Source: a virus. From it: DNA of 64,000 bases. The notes under the pieces were generated by a model. That model did no database searches. It saw only the letters and a program-made list of their open reading frames with translations, and was not told the origin of the DNA. Position 1 is the stretch's first letter; each line of letters starts with the position of its first letter. The stretch covers positions 32,001 through 96,000 of the IMG/VR virus record IMGVR_UViG_3300027746_000697. One strand, 5' to 3'. Position numbers and translations under genes: made by a program. Shown here one piece after another: positions 37,710 through 46,488 of the stretch.

Positions 37710-38264
37710 ATGAATCATTTACGTACTAGATATAAAGCTGATTGGTACGATAAAAAGATCGAACAGAATAAGGTAATTCAGGACGATCTTATTAGTATTA
37801 TTAACAAGTATAAGGAACCTAATTTTCCTTGGTCAGAAGATATGCTGAGATATCTCGAGAATGAAAACTTACTCGAAATTGCCATACCTACAGTTAACAA
37901 AGGTATTAGTGTAGTGTTAGGGGAAGGTATGGATTTTGATAATCATGGGGATGCTAAACTATCAATCGCAAGATTTCATTCAGGCGGTTCTAGTTACGCA
38001 TCTGGCATTAAATGTAAGTATAAGGAATTTATATTAGCATACGTATATGAACCTATACAAAAGAAATCGTATTATTTTGCCTTTCCAAAAAAGTATAACG
38101 AACATACTATTCCGTTTGATAAAAACACAGGTGCACCAAAGCGTAATAATTATATGTGGGACTACGAATGTTCCACGTTTGAAGAAATGGCAAACTACAA
38201 TATAGGATTAGGACTAGTTGAACAAATACCTAAAAATACATTTGACAATTTCTTTTTTGCATAG
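37710..38264 (+). CDS. hypothetical protein (possible nuclease-like insertion)
   Basis: Own sigma70-like promoter (TTGACA..TACAAT, 37651-37679); possible D...DAK motif. Confidence 0.55.
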   Translation: MNHLRTRYKADWYDKKIEQNKVIQDDLISIINKYKEPNFPWSEDMLRYLENENLLEIAIPTVNKGISVVLGEGMDFDNHGDAKLSIARFHSGGSSYASGIKCKYKEFILAYVYEPIQKKSYYFAFPKKYNEHTIPFDKNTGAPKRNNYMWDYECSTFEEMANYNIGLGLVEQIPKNTFDNFFFA

Positions 38265-38321
38265 TATAATAGTCATATACTAAGCAATTAGTGTTGTTCT
38301 TTAAAAATTTAAATCAAATAT

Positions 38322-38396
38322 GGAGCCATCGTCTATCGGTTAGGACATCTGGTTTTCATCCAGGCAAGCGGGGTTCGATTCCCCGTGGCTCTTCCA
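38322..38396 (+). tRNA. tRNA-Glu(TTC), second copy
   Basis: TCTGG-TTTTCAT-CCAGG; CCA; promoter TTGACA..TATAAT at 38242-38270. Confidence 0.88.
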
Positions 38397-38524
38397 TATA
38401 CGTGCTCTTTGAGTAGCTACAGTGGAACACCGAGAAACTTGCCAATGTCGACCAAAGCAAGGACCGGCCATGAAGAGAAGGGCTACCGTGGATTCAAGCG
38501 CCGCAGAGAGCACCTATATGGAAT

Positions 38525-38598
38525 ATATAAAAGCACACTAAGCAACACCCAACTGACTGGGATAGTAAGATGGCATTGCCCTTAGTGTGTTTTTATAT
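38525..38598 (+). repeat. TAAAGCAYA-type inverted-repeat cassette C
   Basis: ATATAAAAGCACACTAAG / CTTAGTGTGTTTTTATAT. Confidence 0.6.
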
Positions 38599-38675
38599 GC
38601 CCCGGTGGTGAAATTGGTAAACACAGCGGTCTTAGAAGCCGTAAGCTGAGAGTTCGAGTCTCTCCCAGGGCACCA
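38599..38675 (+). tRNA. tRNA-Leu(TAG), short variable region
   Basis: GCGGT-CTTAGAA-GCCGT; 77 nt; CCA. Confidence 0.85.
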
Positions 38676-38680
38676 AATTA

Positions 38681-38770
38681 GGAAGCGTGGCAGAGTCCGG
38701 CTTATTGCAACAGTCTTGAAAACTGTCGGCTCGAAAGGGTCCGTGAGTTCAAATCTCACCGCTTCCGCCA
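38681..38770 (+). tRNA. tRNA-Ser(TGA)
   Basis: ACAGT-CTTGAAA-ACTGT; long variable arm; GCCA. Confidence 0.92.
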
Positions 38771-38783
38771 TAATAAATAGTGT

Positions 38784-39335
38784 ATGAAAAATACGTTCCA
38801 TCATAGATTAAATATCCCAGTTAAATTTACACCAGTGTTTTTAGAAGATGCTCCTGTAATTTCTAATTACGATACAAATTTAATTAATAAAGAATTTTTA
38901 AATTGGATAGAATCTCTAAATTTAGAAATTAGCGGTTCGGAGTTATTCCATTTAAAACCAAATAATGATAAGAATCCAGATAGTTTACCAATTCATCTAG
39001 ATACTGGTGGATTTGATAATCATATTAAATTAAATTTTGTATACTGTAACACGACATCTAAAATGAATTGGTTTACTTGCAACGATATAAGTAAATTACA
39101 AGTTTTAAAAACGCCCACTGATACAGAATATACTTTAGCAAACGCAGAAGATTGCGAGTTAGTGTACTCAGCACAAATAGGACAACCAAGTTTAGTTAAT
39201 GCTGGCATGTTACATAGTGTATCGCCTGTAGAGTCTGAAAGGTATTGTTTTTCGTTTACTTTAATAAAAGACGGCAATATAATTACTTGGGAACAAGCAG
39301 AAGAAATTTTTAAAGAATATGTATCCTTAGTGTAA
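38784..39335 (+). CDS. hypothetical protein, cupin/2OG-oxygenase-like
   Basis: PIHLD...LVNAGMLHSV...RYCFS. Confidence 0.65.
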   Translation: MKNTFHHRLNIPVKFTPVFLEDAPVISNYDTNLINKEFLNWIESLNLEISGSELFHLKPNNDKNPDSLPIHLDTGGFDNHIKLNFVYCNTTSKMNWFTCNDISKLQVLKTPTDTEYTLANAEDCELVYSAQIGQPSLVNAGMLHSVSPVESERYCFSFTLIKDGNIITWEQAEEIFKEYVSLV

Positions 39336-39394
39336 TGGCAGCATTACAGTCTCCAAAACTGTCGGTCGGGGTTCGAGTCCCTGAGGGTACGCCA
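39321..39394 (+). tRNA. tRNA-Trp(CCA)
   Basis: ACAGT-CTCCAAA-ACTGT; GCCA. Confidence 0.9.
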
Positions 39395-39400
39395 AATATT

Positions 39401-39485
39401 GCGACTGTGGTGAAATAGGTAGACACAAGAGACTTAAAATCTCTCGCTTTCGGGCGTGCCGGTTCGATTCCGGCCAGTCGCACCA
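39401..39485 (+). tRNA. tRNA-Leu(TAA)
   Basis: AGAGA-CTTAAAA-TCTCT; variable arm; CCA. Confidence 0.93.
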
Positions 39486-39511
39486 AGATATAGTAATAAG
39501 TAAAAGAACAA

Positions 39512-39601
39512 GGAATGGTCCCATAATGGTATTGGAGCGGATTGCTAATCCGTCGAGTGGTGAAAGCCGCTTTCTGAGTTCGAGTCTCAGTCATTCCGCC
39601 A
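39512..39601 (+). tRNA. tRNA-Ser(GCT)
   Basis: GCGGA-TTGCTAA-TCCGT; long variable arm; GCCA. Confidence 0.88.
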
Positions 39602-39621
39602 AGTTATATAAAAAGGAAAAT

Positions 39622-39852
39622 ATGTTAAAACCAAATAAGACATTCAAATTAAGTAAGACAACCAAACGTATGCTGTGTAGTATTACTAACACAGAACAAC
39701 GTAATCAGTACAAGCGAATGATGATCGATGCAGAACTTTGTGCGGCCATTGTTCCAAAGAGTATTAAATCGGATCGTGGTGCTCCACGTGGCAATGGTCC
39801 GACTGGATATCAAACTAACGATACTGGAACTGCCAGTACCAGCACCGCTTGA
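39622..39852 (+). CDS. hypothetical protein
   Basis: AAAGGA RBS; MLKPNKTFKLSKTTKRML...YKRMMIDAEL. Confidence 0.65.
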   Translation: MLKPNKTFKLSKTTKRMLCSITNTEQRNQYKRMMIDAELCAAIVPKSIKSDRGAPRGNGPTGYQTNDTGTASTSTA

Positions 39853-39870
39853 AATAAGTAATACAGTTTT

Positions 39871-39946
39871 GCCGCTTTAGCTCATTTGGTAGAGCAGCCG
39901 CCTTGTAAGCGGCAGGTGGTCAGTTCGAATCCGACAAGCGGCACCA
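39871..39946 (+). tRNA. tRNA-Thr(TGT), second copy
   Basis: GCCGC-CTTGTAA-GCGGC; CCA. Confidence 0.93.
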
Positions 39947-40145
39947 ACCCCCGGCTACACTTCTACGTTAAGGAAGTGCGTGATTGCAAATACGATAATT
40001 GCACGGTGCATTGGATCTACCGCAAGGCTCTCTTTAAGGGCGACTTGAGAAATCACAAAGGCAGGGACGTTTCCCGTCTAAATAGAAAAGAACGTGGACA
40101 GAGTAACCGCTCAGTCTAGGGCTCATGTGGTGTGAGTAGCTAGAC

Positions 40146-40332
40146 ACTTTATTAAAGCATACTTGAATCCCACATAGTGAACAGATCAGGTTTGGCATCC
40201 CGGGCAGTTGAACAATAGTTTGACAACGCCAAATACGCCATAGTATGTTTTAATAAAGTACATTTAACTGGTCTATAAGATCAGTAGTAAGGACAGGGCA
40301 CCAGCAGTAGCGAAAGCCATAAATGTGCTTTA
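40146..40332 (+). repeat. two abutting TAAAGCAYA-type inverted-repeat cassettes (D, E)
   Basis: ACTTTATTAAAGCATACT/AGTATGTTTTAATAAAGT (40146-40259) and TAAAGTACATTTA/TAAATGTGCTTTA (40254-40332). Confidence 0.6.
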
Positions 40333-40340
40333 CTCAACAT

Positions 40341-40414
40341 GCGGGATTAGTTTAATGGTAAAACAGCAGATTTCCAATCTTCGGTCGGGGGTTCGATTCC
40401 CCCATCCCGCTCCA
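40341..40414 (+). tRNA. tRNA-Gly(TCC)
   Basis: GCAGA-TTTCCAA-TCTTC; TCCA. Confidence 0.9.
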
Positions 40415-40428
40415 AACTAAGGAATAGT

Positions 40429-41022
40429 ATGAAGGTATATCACGAAGATTATCTTTACGGATTTGACTTAGAATCTATCAACAATGATAAACTAGTTGAA
40501 TTTTGTCTTGAAGTCGAGCAATTTTTATTACAACAGTTACCTCCAGTTGATCCTGGTTGGTACGGAAGTGTATCAAGTGCTCACAACATGTCATACAATC
40601 TTCTTACATTTCCAAACAAAGAATTAAACAAGTTATATCATTCTATAAAAGAAAACGTAATCCCGTTATTAGATGCGGATACTACTTATGTGATAAAAAG
40701 CTGGTTAAATGTTTATCGTGCAGGACAAAAAATTGATTGGCACGGCCACTGGGCTGAAGAAAGCAAAGTATGGCATGGATTTTATTGTGCCCAAGTTGGG
40801 GACAGTGCAACCTATTATAAGATTCCAGAAGTTAAAGAAGTCATAACTGTTACTAGTAATGAAGGTTTATTAGTAATTGGCAAGAGTGCAGGAGATAAAC
40901 ATCGTAGCTCTGATTGGCATGATAATGCAATGCCCAGAATCACACTAGCATTTGATATTATTCCTATAGAGTCTATCGATAATAAACTATCTGTAAATCA
41001 TTATTTGCCGTTTAAATTATGA
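40429..41022 (+). CDS. 2OG-Fe(II) oxygenase-like protein
   Basis: SWLNVY...WHGH...HGFY...HRS...RITLAFD. Confidence 0.75.
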   Translation: MKVYHEDYLYGFDLESINNDKLVEFCLEVEQFLLQQLPPVDPGWYGSVSSAHNMSYNLLTFPNKELNKLYHSIKENVIPLLDADTTYVIKSWLNVYRAGQKIDWHGHWAEESKVWHGFYCAQVGDSATYYKIPEVKEVITVTSNEGLLVIGKSAGDKHRSSDWHDNAMPRITLAFDIIPIESIDNKLSVNHYLPFKL

Positions 41023-41267
41023 TCGATTATATAACAACATTTTTTGCAATTTTTTTACTCGATATTGTTTACACATACTACTTAAGATGTGTACAATACA
41101 ATCAAGTATTAAAAGCCAGTGGATGGAGTGTAGCCTGTTATGTACTAGGTAGTATAGCAGTTATAAATTATACCACTAACCATTGGCTAATTATTCCTGC
41201 AATGGCAGGTGCCTTTTGCGGTACGTTTGTTGGAATGAAAATTAAAAAGAAACAATTCGGAGTGTAG
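41019..41267 (+). CDS. small membrane protein
   Basis: Three hydrophobic segments, GAFCGTFVG; stop lies inside tRNA-Pro. Confidence 0.65.
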   Translation: MIDYITTFFAIFLLDIVYTYYLRCVQYNQVLKASGWSVACYVLGSIAVINYTTNHWLIIPAMAGAFCGTFVGMKIKKKQFGV

Positions 41268-41334
41268 CACAGCCTGGTAGTGCGCCTGGTTTGGGACCAG
41301 GAGGTCCAAGGTTCGAATCCTTGTACTCCGACCA
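41258..41334 (+). tRNA. tRNA-Pro(TGG), canonical copy
   Basis: CCTGG-TTTGGGA-CCAGG; CCA. Confidence 0.93.
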
Positions 41335-41341
41335 TAGTTAT

Positions 41342-41417
41342 CGCGGGGAGGGTCCGGTCACCAGCGTGGTCTCATAAGCCATTGCCATCCTTGGTTCAAA
41401 TCCAAGCCCCGCAACCA
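41342..41417 (+). tRNA. tRNA-fMet-like (CAT)
   Basis: CGCGGGG/CCCCGCA-ACCA with C1:A72 mismatch; GTGGT-CTCATAA-GCCAT; atypical D-arm. Confidence 0.78.
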
Positions 41418-41422
41418 ATTAA

Positions 41423-41497
41423 CTCGCTATAGTACAATGGATAGTATAGGGGTTTCCTAAACCTTTGATCCAAGTTCGATTCTTGGTGGCGGGACCA
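41423..41497 (+). tRNA. tRNA-Arg(CCT)
   Basis: GGGGT-TTCCTAA-ACCTT; CCA. Confidence 0.88.
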
Positions 41498-41498
41498 A

Positions 41499-42080
41499 TT
41501 ATAATAAATTGTTAATTTTGTTGAATACAAGCACATTGTCAATTGGATCTAGATGATTTAAAGACCCTTGCTTGTTTTTAAATAGATGAGAAAATTTAAG
41601 CATATTGGGAAACTCGTATAACCCTTCCCAATCGATAACAGACACATGTATTACTTTATCATTCACCGGTGCTAGCGTATGCATCACCTTTTCGCAAAGT
41701 AAATGATGAATATATTTTGCATGTTCAAAGTCAAAATACTTTTCAAAATACTCAATCATAGGTTTTAAACTGCTATCCGCAAGAGAGTGTTTTTTGATAT
41801 CAGTATAGATTAAATCGCAATTTTTATGTAACGGATCGCTATAATGTATAGGATGATGTTCTATATGTATTCTATACGGGCTAGTATGTGCTACTACAAT
41901 CTTGTCAAAAGATAATAAGTCTACTGATTCTAATTGTTTTAACACTTTATATTCGCCACAGCCAGCTTGTGCTAAATTAGTAACATTGTGTATTTTAGAC
42001 AACATATTAGGCCAACCTTCTCCTTGATATTTTACAGTCCAGTCAGCCGCAAAACTATCACCACAAATTAACAAGTTCAT
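41499..42080 (-). CDS. SGNH/GDSL-like hydrolase
   Basis: ICGDSF, NLAQAGCG, C-terminal NH. Confidence 0.7.
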   Translation of the reverse strand: MNLLICGDSFAADWTVKYQGEGWPNMLSKIHNVTNLAQAGCGEYKVLKQLESVDLLSFDKIVVAHTSPYRIHIEHHPIHYSDPLHKNCDLIYTDIKKHSLADSSLKPMIEYFEKYFDFEHAKYIHHLLCEKVMHTLAPVNDKVIHVSVIDWEGLYEFPNMLKFSHLFKNKQGSLNHLDPIDNVLVFNKINNLL

Positions 42081-42748
42081 ACTATATCCAAGTTAACAAC
42101 GCCGGTGGCATCATTAGCAATAAATTTATTAATAGATTCATATATTGCATTGTGAACAGATTCACTGCCTATATGATTTGGCCTTGGATCATCGATTAAC
42201 ATTTGTTTCAATTCGTTGCCTTTAAGATTCATTTCTTTTATTTCTCGTTTTGAAAAATAAACTAGTCCAGGTCTAATTTCGTTTTCGAAGGTAGTAGCAA
42301 ACGTATGTTTTTTATAATTAAGATGGAAATCTTGTTCCCAAGGCCATGTAAAAGTTGATGACTGATTGCTAGGAGAACTCCAAAGCACTATCAACTTAGA
42401 TTGTGAACATAGTTCTTTAAATCGTTTTAACGTGTATAGATAGTGTTCAAATGCCAACTCATTATTATAAAAATATTCAAAATAATCGGCTAATAATTTT
42501 TCTTGTTTTTCTAAAGGCAGATTTCGAATAGATCCGGTATAAGGAAACATATAATCGTTCCATACTACTATCACAATGTCTTTACTGGTTAATTTTTCAT
42601 GTACTGCCAATAACGCTAACAACATGTCAGAGTTGGATGTATTAGATTTGGCAAGATTTGTCACTTGATAGTTTTGATTAAGTTGGGTCACCCAACTAAT
42701 TGGGTTGTTCTCATTAACTGCATAGCTTCCGCCAAATATATAAATCAT
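42077..42748 (-). CDS. SGNH-like hydrolase
   Basis: IFGGSY, NLAKSNTSN, RPNH. Confidence 0.6.
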   Translation of the reverse strand: MIYIFGGSYAVNENNPISWVTQLNQNYQVTNLAKSNTSNSDMLLALLAVHEKLTSKDIVIVVWNDYMFPYTGSIRNLPLEKQEKLLADYFEYFYNNELAFEHYLYTLKRFKELCSQSKLIVLWSSPSNQSSTFTWPWEQDFHLNYKKHTFATTFENEIRPGLVYFSKREIKEMNLKGNELKQMLIDDPRPNHIGSESVHNAIYESINKFIANDATGVVNLDIV

Positions 42749-42790
42749 GAAATATTTATGGCAGGCTTATTTTAAAGGATAAGTATTTGA

Positions 42791-44689
42791 ATGAAAACTA
42801 TACAACTTTTATCGCTCACCGGCTGGAACGATTTTATCCCAGTTCTTTGGCCAAGTGCAAAAACATTTTATGAATTGTATGGTAAATATCCTGAAAATTA
42901 TAACTGGATATTGCCTACAACCGAAATTCATAGAGATATAGAAGAAAATCAACGTGAATTGTCATTGAATCCTCCAGATGTGCTAGGCGTAAGTTTGTAT
43001 GTATGGAATTATGACAGAACCATGTCATTATTAAAATGGGCAAAAGAACAATGGCCAAATTGTCTAATTATTACGGGCGGCCCACACCAATACTTTAAAC
43101 ATCACCCCGACTGGTTTCGAAAAAATTGGTTTATTGATGCAAGTTTGCCCAGCGAAGTATACGGAGAGATTGCCATCACTGACATATTAAACAATTTGAA
43201 GGATGATAATACCATCAGCTGGAATACCGTTGAACAAATGGTTTATCCTAGTAAGGATCGTTCAATGATGTTGAAGAGTCCAAAAGCATCTTACAAACGA
43301 GATTTTAAATGGAATTATTCTGCTTTTGAAGCACAGCAAGAACATATACAACAGTATATTGATTACTACTATGCAAATTCAGAAAATCCAGCGTTGCATA
43401 GTAAACTTGAAACAACTAGAGGTTGCCCGTATGAATGTACGTTTTGTGATTGGGGCGGCGGCATTGGCACCAAAGTAATTCTGAAAGACTTAGATTGTGT
43501 CAAAAAAGATTTAGACGTATTGTTAAGTTATGATATTAGCAGTGTGTATGTATGCGATGCTAATTTTGGAATCAACGGAGAACGAGATGTTGGCATAGTT
43601 CAATACATTGCAGATAAGAAAAACGCTTCTCTGAAAGATCGATTTCCAAATGTACAATATGGCGGATATGCTAAAACTAACAAACACTTTCATTTTTTAA
43701 AAAGAATCTTTACTATTGAGGCTATTAATAAAATGTCGTATGTGTACAAGATGTCCCAACAGTCATTTAACACTAACATATTAGCTAATATCAAACGTAC
43801 AGATTTACGGGTGAACGAACATTTTGAATTAGCGGATTATCTTCGAACAGAATTTGGTTACGAAGCCACTATTGAAATTATTATAGGACTACCGGGTACT
43901 ACATTAGATACTTGGTATAACGAATTTAACATACCATACGAAAAACAAATACTAGTTCGAGCATATGAATGGTACTTGTTACCCGAAGCCGAAAGTTTTG
44001 AAAAAGAGTACAGAGATAAATGGGGTATTAAAACAGCTCTCAAACGTGCGGATCAGCTTATTGATGGCATTCCCAGTGAGATTGTTGTTGAAGGTGGTAC
44101 ATTTTCAAGAAATGATTACAAAGAATTTACAACTGCGTATGCACTATATATTTTCTTTAATCAGAGTGGAGTCTATAAGAAATCTATCAAAGAGTTATTG
44201 AAAATAAAAAATATAAAATTTGGAGATTTCTTAAGACAATTTTATAATGAATGTTATCCGTTGTTAAAATTGGCCAGTTTAGAATCATTCACACATTTTG
44301 AAAAACATCTAGACGAAGTGGTTTCGGACGAGATAAACGAAACATTTCATAATTTAACATGGTTAAACAACCACGGCCCGCAGGTACATAGATTCATTTA
44401 TTTTATTATAGAATATTTCAAGCACTATGAAATGCTTGGTCCTATTGTTGAAAAATGGTTTATTGAAAATGGTGTAAACCCATCGTTAGTGCAAGGTGAA
44501 GCCGAGACAATATATAGCGCAAAGCGATTAAATACCACTAGAGGGTTTATTAAAAAAATATCTTTTGATTTTTATAAAGACGAAAGAGAATTTTATGAGG
44601 ATGTTATGCGGTCAAGCCAATATACTTATGGAAATTTGTTAGTAGCCGAAAAACGTGTCCTGAGTGCTAATATAACTTGGGGATTTTAA
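42791..44689 (+). CDS. cobalamin-binding radical SAM enzyme
   Basis: PDVLGVSLYVWN, ITGGPH, ETTRGCPYECTFC (CxxxCxxC), DANFG, IIGLPG. Confidence 0.88.
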   Translation: MKTIQLLSLTGWNDFIPVLWPSAKTFYELYGKYPENYNWILPTTEIHRDIEENQRELSLNPPDVLGVSLYVWNYDRTMSLLKWAKEQWPNCLIITGGPHQYFKHHPDWFRKNWFIDASLPSEVYGEIAITDILNNLKDDNTISWNTVEQMVYPSKDRSMMLKSPKASYKRDFKWNYSAFEAQQEHIQQYIDYYYANSENPALHSKLETTRGCPYECTFCDWGGGIGTKVILKDLDCVKKDLDVLLSYDISSVYVCDANFGINGERDVGIVQYIADKKNASLKDRFPNVQYGGYAKTNKHFHFLKRIFTIEAINKMSYVYKMSQQSFNTNILANIKRTDLRVNEHFELADYLRTEFGYEATIEIIIGLPGTTLDTWYNEFNIPYEKQILVRAYEWYLLPEAESFEKEYRDKWGIKTALKRADQLIDGIPSEIVVEGGTFSRNDYKEFTTAYALYIFFNQSGVYKKSIKELLKIKNIKFGDFLRQFYNECYPLLKLASLESFTHFEKHLDEVVSDEINETFHNLTWLNNHGPQVHRFIYFIIEYFKHYEMLGPIVEKWFIENGVNPSLVQGEAETIYSAKRLNTTRGFIKKISFDFYKDEREFYEDVMRSSQYTYGNLLVAEKRVLSANITWGF

Positions 44690-44692
44690 ATT

Positions 44693-45337
44693 ATGAAAAA
44701 TGCTGTTGAATGTTTAAACTTCAAAGTTGATTTGAATCAACTACGTTCTTACTACAACGAACTTAAAGCATCGTATCAAGAATACAATTGGTCTTATATG
44801 GATAATCCTGAAGATATCCGGGACGACATTTATAATTTTAATAATCAATATAACAAAAAACGCAATGCATTTGGGTGGGCTATCACTGTGCCTGAAATAC
44901 TGAGCGATAATAAAAAAGTTGTACCGTGGACTAATATACATAAAGATTTTGTATATGGTGCTGAACATTTGGCAACTGAAAAACAAACACCTATGGTTTT
45001 TGGTATAGTTAAAAAAATACTAGAAATATTTCCGTATGCAAAACAAGTTAGTTTAACTGTGTTTGTACCGGGTGCGCATATTGTTCCACACAAAGACGAA
45101 GATTACTTAATTAGAGTACATATTCCAATTTACACAAGCAAGGATGCCAAGTGGTTAACATGGAACGGTTACCAACCTCTTGACAAGGTTGGGCAAGCCT
45201 ATCTGTGCGACACTAGAGATATTCATAGTGTATACAACGATGGCGATTCTGATAGAGTTCACTTGTTATTTGCCATAGAATCACAGTATGAAGAACATAT
45301 TAAAAGCATAACTGGTATACTAAAGACAGATGAATGA
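44693..45337 (+). CDS. Asp/Asn beta-hydroxylase-family 2OG-Fe(II) oxygenase
   Basis: PGAHIVPHKD, RVHIPI, HSVYN...RVHL. Confidence 0.85.
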   Translation: MKNAVECLNFKVDLNQLRSYYNELKASYQEYNWSYMDNPEDIRDDIYNFNNQYNKKRNAFGWAITVPEILSDNKKVVPWTNIHKDFVYGAEHLATEKQTPMVFGIVKKILEIFPYAKQVSLTVFVPGAHIVPHKDEDYLIRVHIPIYTSKDAKWLTWNGYQPLDKVGQAYLCDTRDIHSVYNDGDSDRVHLLFAIESQYEEHIKSITGILKTDE

Positions 45338-46010
45338 AATTAAAGAATTTTATTCTCGACTACAATTTCCAGGTACTTATACTATTGTAGATTTAGAATT
45401 TTATGACAGCATAGTATGTAATGACTATCTAAAAATATTTGATGATGCAGTATCCGGAGCAAGTTCAGTTTTAGATATTGGGTGTGGAAGTGGTTTCATT
45501 ATTAATTTTCTAGCACGAAGATATCCCAACATATCATTTGATGCTGTTGATTTTAGTGACAGTATTGATATTGCCAAACGGTTTAGTAAAGATCATGGCA
45601 TCTATAATATTAATTATTATAAAGAAGATTTTTTAACTTGGAATACTGATAAAACTTACGATTTAATTTTGTCTAACGGTGTACTGCATCATATTCCAGA
45701 ATATAAACAGGCCATAAGTAAAATACATACTTTAGCAACTGATAAAGTTGTGATTGGTATTTACAACAAGTACGGAAAAGTATTAAAACGTATTGCAAAA
45801 GTACAATACGTATCAAATATATTATACATAGATCAAGAGCAGTGTCCGTTTGAAATGGCATTTACTGATAAAGAATTTAAAAGTTTATTTGATATATTTG
45901 ATATCCACACAGCGTATCCAAGTTTCCAAAATAAATTAATCGATTTTATAAACTTGTTTAATGCCAAAAACGGCGGACTAACCATTTATTCCATGAGCTT
46001 GCCAAAGTAA
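45330..46010 (+). CDS. class I SAM-dependent methyltransferase
   Basis: VLDIGCGSG, AVDFS, YDLILSNGVLHH. Confidence 0.88.
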   Translation: MNEIKEFYSRLQFPGTYTIVDLEFYDSIVCNDYLKIFDDAVSGASSVLDIGCGSGFIINFLARRYPNISFDAVDFSDSIDIAKRFSKDHGIYNINYYKEDFLTWNTDKTYDLILSNGVLHHIPEYKQAISKIHTLATDKVVIGIYNKYGKVLKRIAKVQYVSNILYIDQEQCPFEMAFTDKEFKSLFDIFDIHTAYPSFQNKLIDFINLFNAKNGGLTIYSMSLPK

Positions 46011-46039
46011 TTGACATTACGACAACTTGCCTATATAAT
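46011..46039 (+). promoter_or_regulatory. sigma70-type promoter
   Basis: TTGACA-17 nt-TATAAT. Confidence 0.8.
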
Positions 46040-46059
46040 ACAACTTTAACGGAGCATAT

Positions 46060-46320
46060 ATGAAACAACGCATATTCAATCAAGTACGTAAACCGCTTGA
46101 CCTTAGTCGCGGCCCTGGAATTGATACAGAAATTTGTACCGTTCAAGCTGGCGGAAATAGATTCAATCTGGTGCTGATTGCCAGCGAACGTGCAAGAGAA
46201 ATCCGCCGTCAAAATAAAGAAAGTGACAAGCGTGAACATGTTCACAGCATTGTGACAGCACTGGAAGAAATTCAACGTGGTGAAATCGAACCCCGTAAGT
46301 ATCTCAACAAAGTGAGATAA
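46060..46320 (+). CDS. rpoZ: RNA polymerase omega subunit-like protein
   Basis: GNRFNLVLIASERAREI...VTALEEIQRGEI. Confidence 0.75.
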   Translation: MKQRIFNQVRKPLDLSRGPGIDTEICTVQAGGNRFNLVLIASERAREIRRQNKESDKREHVHSIVTALEEIQRGEIEPRKYLNKVR

Positions 46321-46327
46321 TAACTTT

Positions 46328-46402
46328 GCCTGGTTAGCTCAGGGGTAGAGCAACGCCTTTACACGGCGAAGGTCCGCGGTTCGAAACCGTGACCAGGTAC
46401 CA
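46328..46402 (+). tRNA. tRNA-Val(TAC)
   Basis: ACGCC-TTTACAC-GGCGA; CCA. Confidence 0.9.
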
Positions 46403-46408
46403 AATAAT

Positions 46409-46485
46409 GTGGGTGTGCCGCTGAATGGTTAGGCCCCGGATTGCAAATCCGTATTATGCAGGTTCGAGTCCTGTCACCCACTCCA
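46409..46485 (+). tRNA. tRNA-Cys(GCA)
   Basis: CCGGA-TTGCAAA-TCCGT; U73; CCA. Confidence 0.88.
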
Positions 46486-46488
46486 AAT

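Noticed and set aside
37710-38264. Homing endonuclease call
   Set aside because: No HNH, GIY-YIG or LAGLIDADG motif is recognisable; left as hypothetical.
34409-40119. ORF-track entries overlapping tRNAs (e.g. 34409-34690, 36549-36776, 37014-37223, 38538-38804, 39310-39594, 39886-40119)
   Set aside because: They are shadows of tRNA cloverleaves with no RBS or protein motifs.
33471-46485. Suppressor tRNAs or stop-codon recoding
   Set aside because: No CTA, TTA or TCA anticodon was found, and genes read intact in the standard code.
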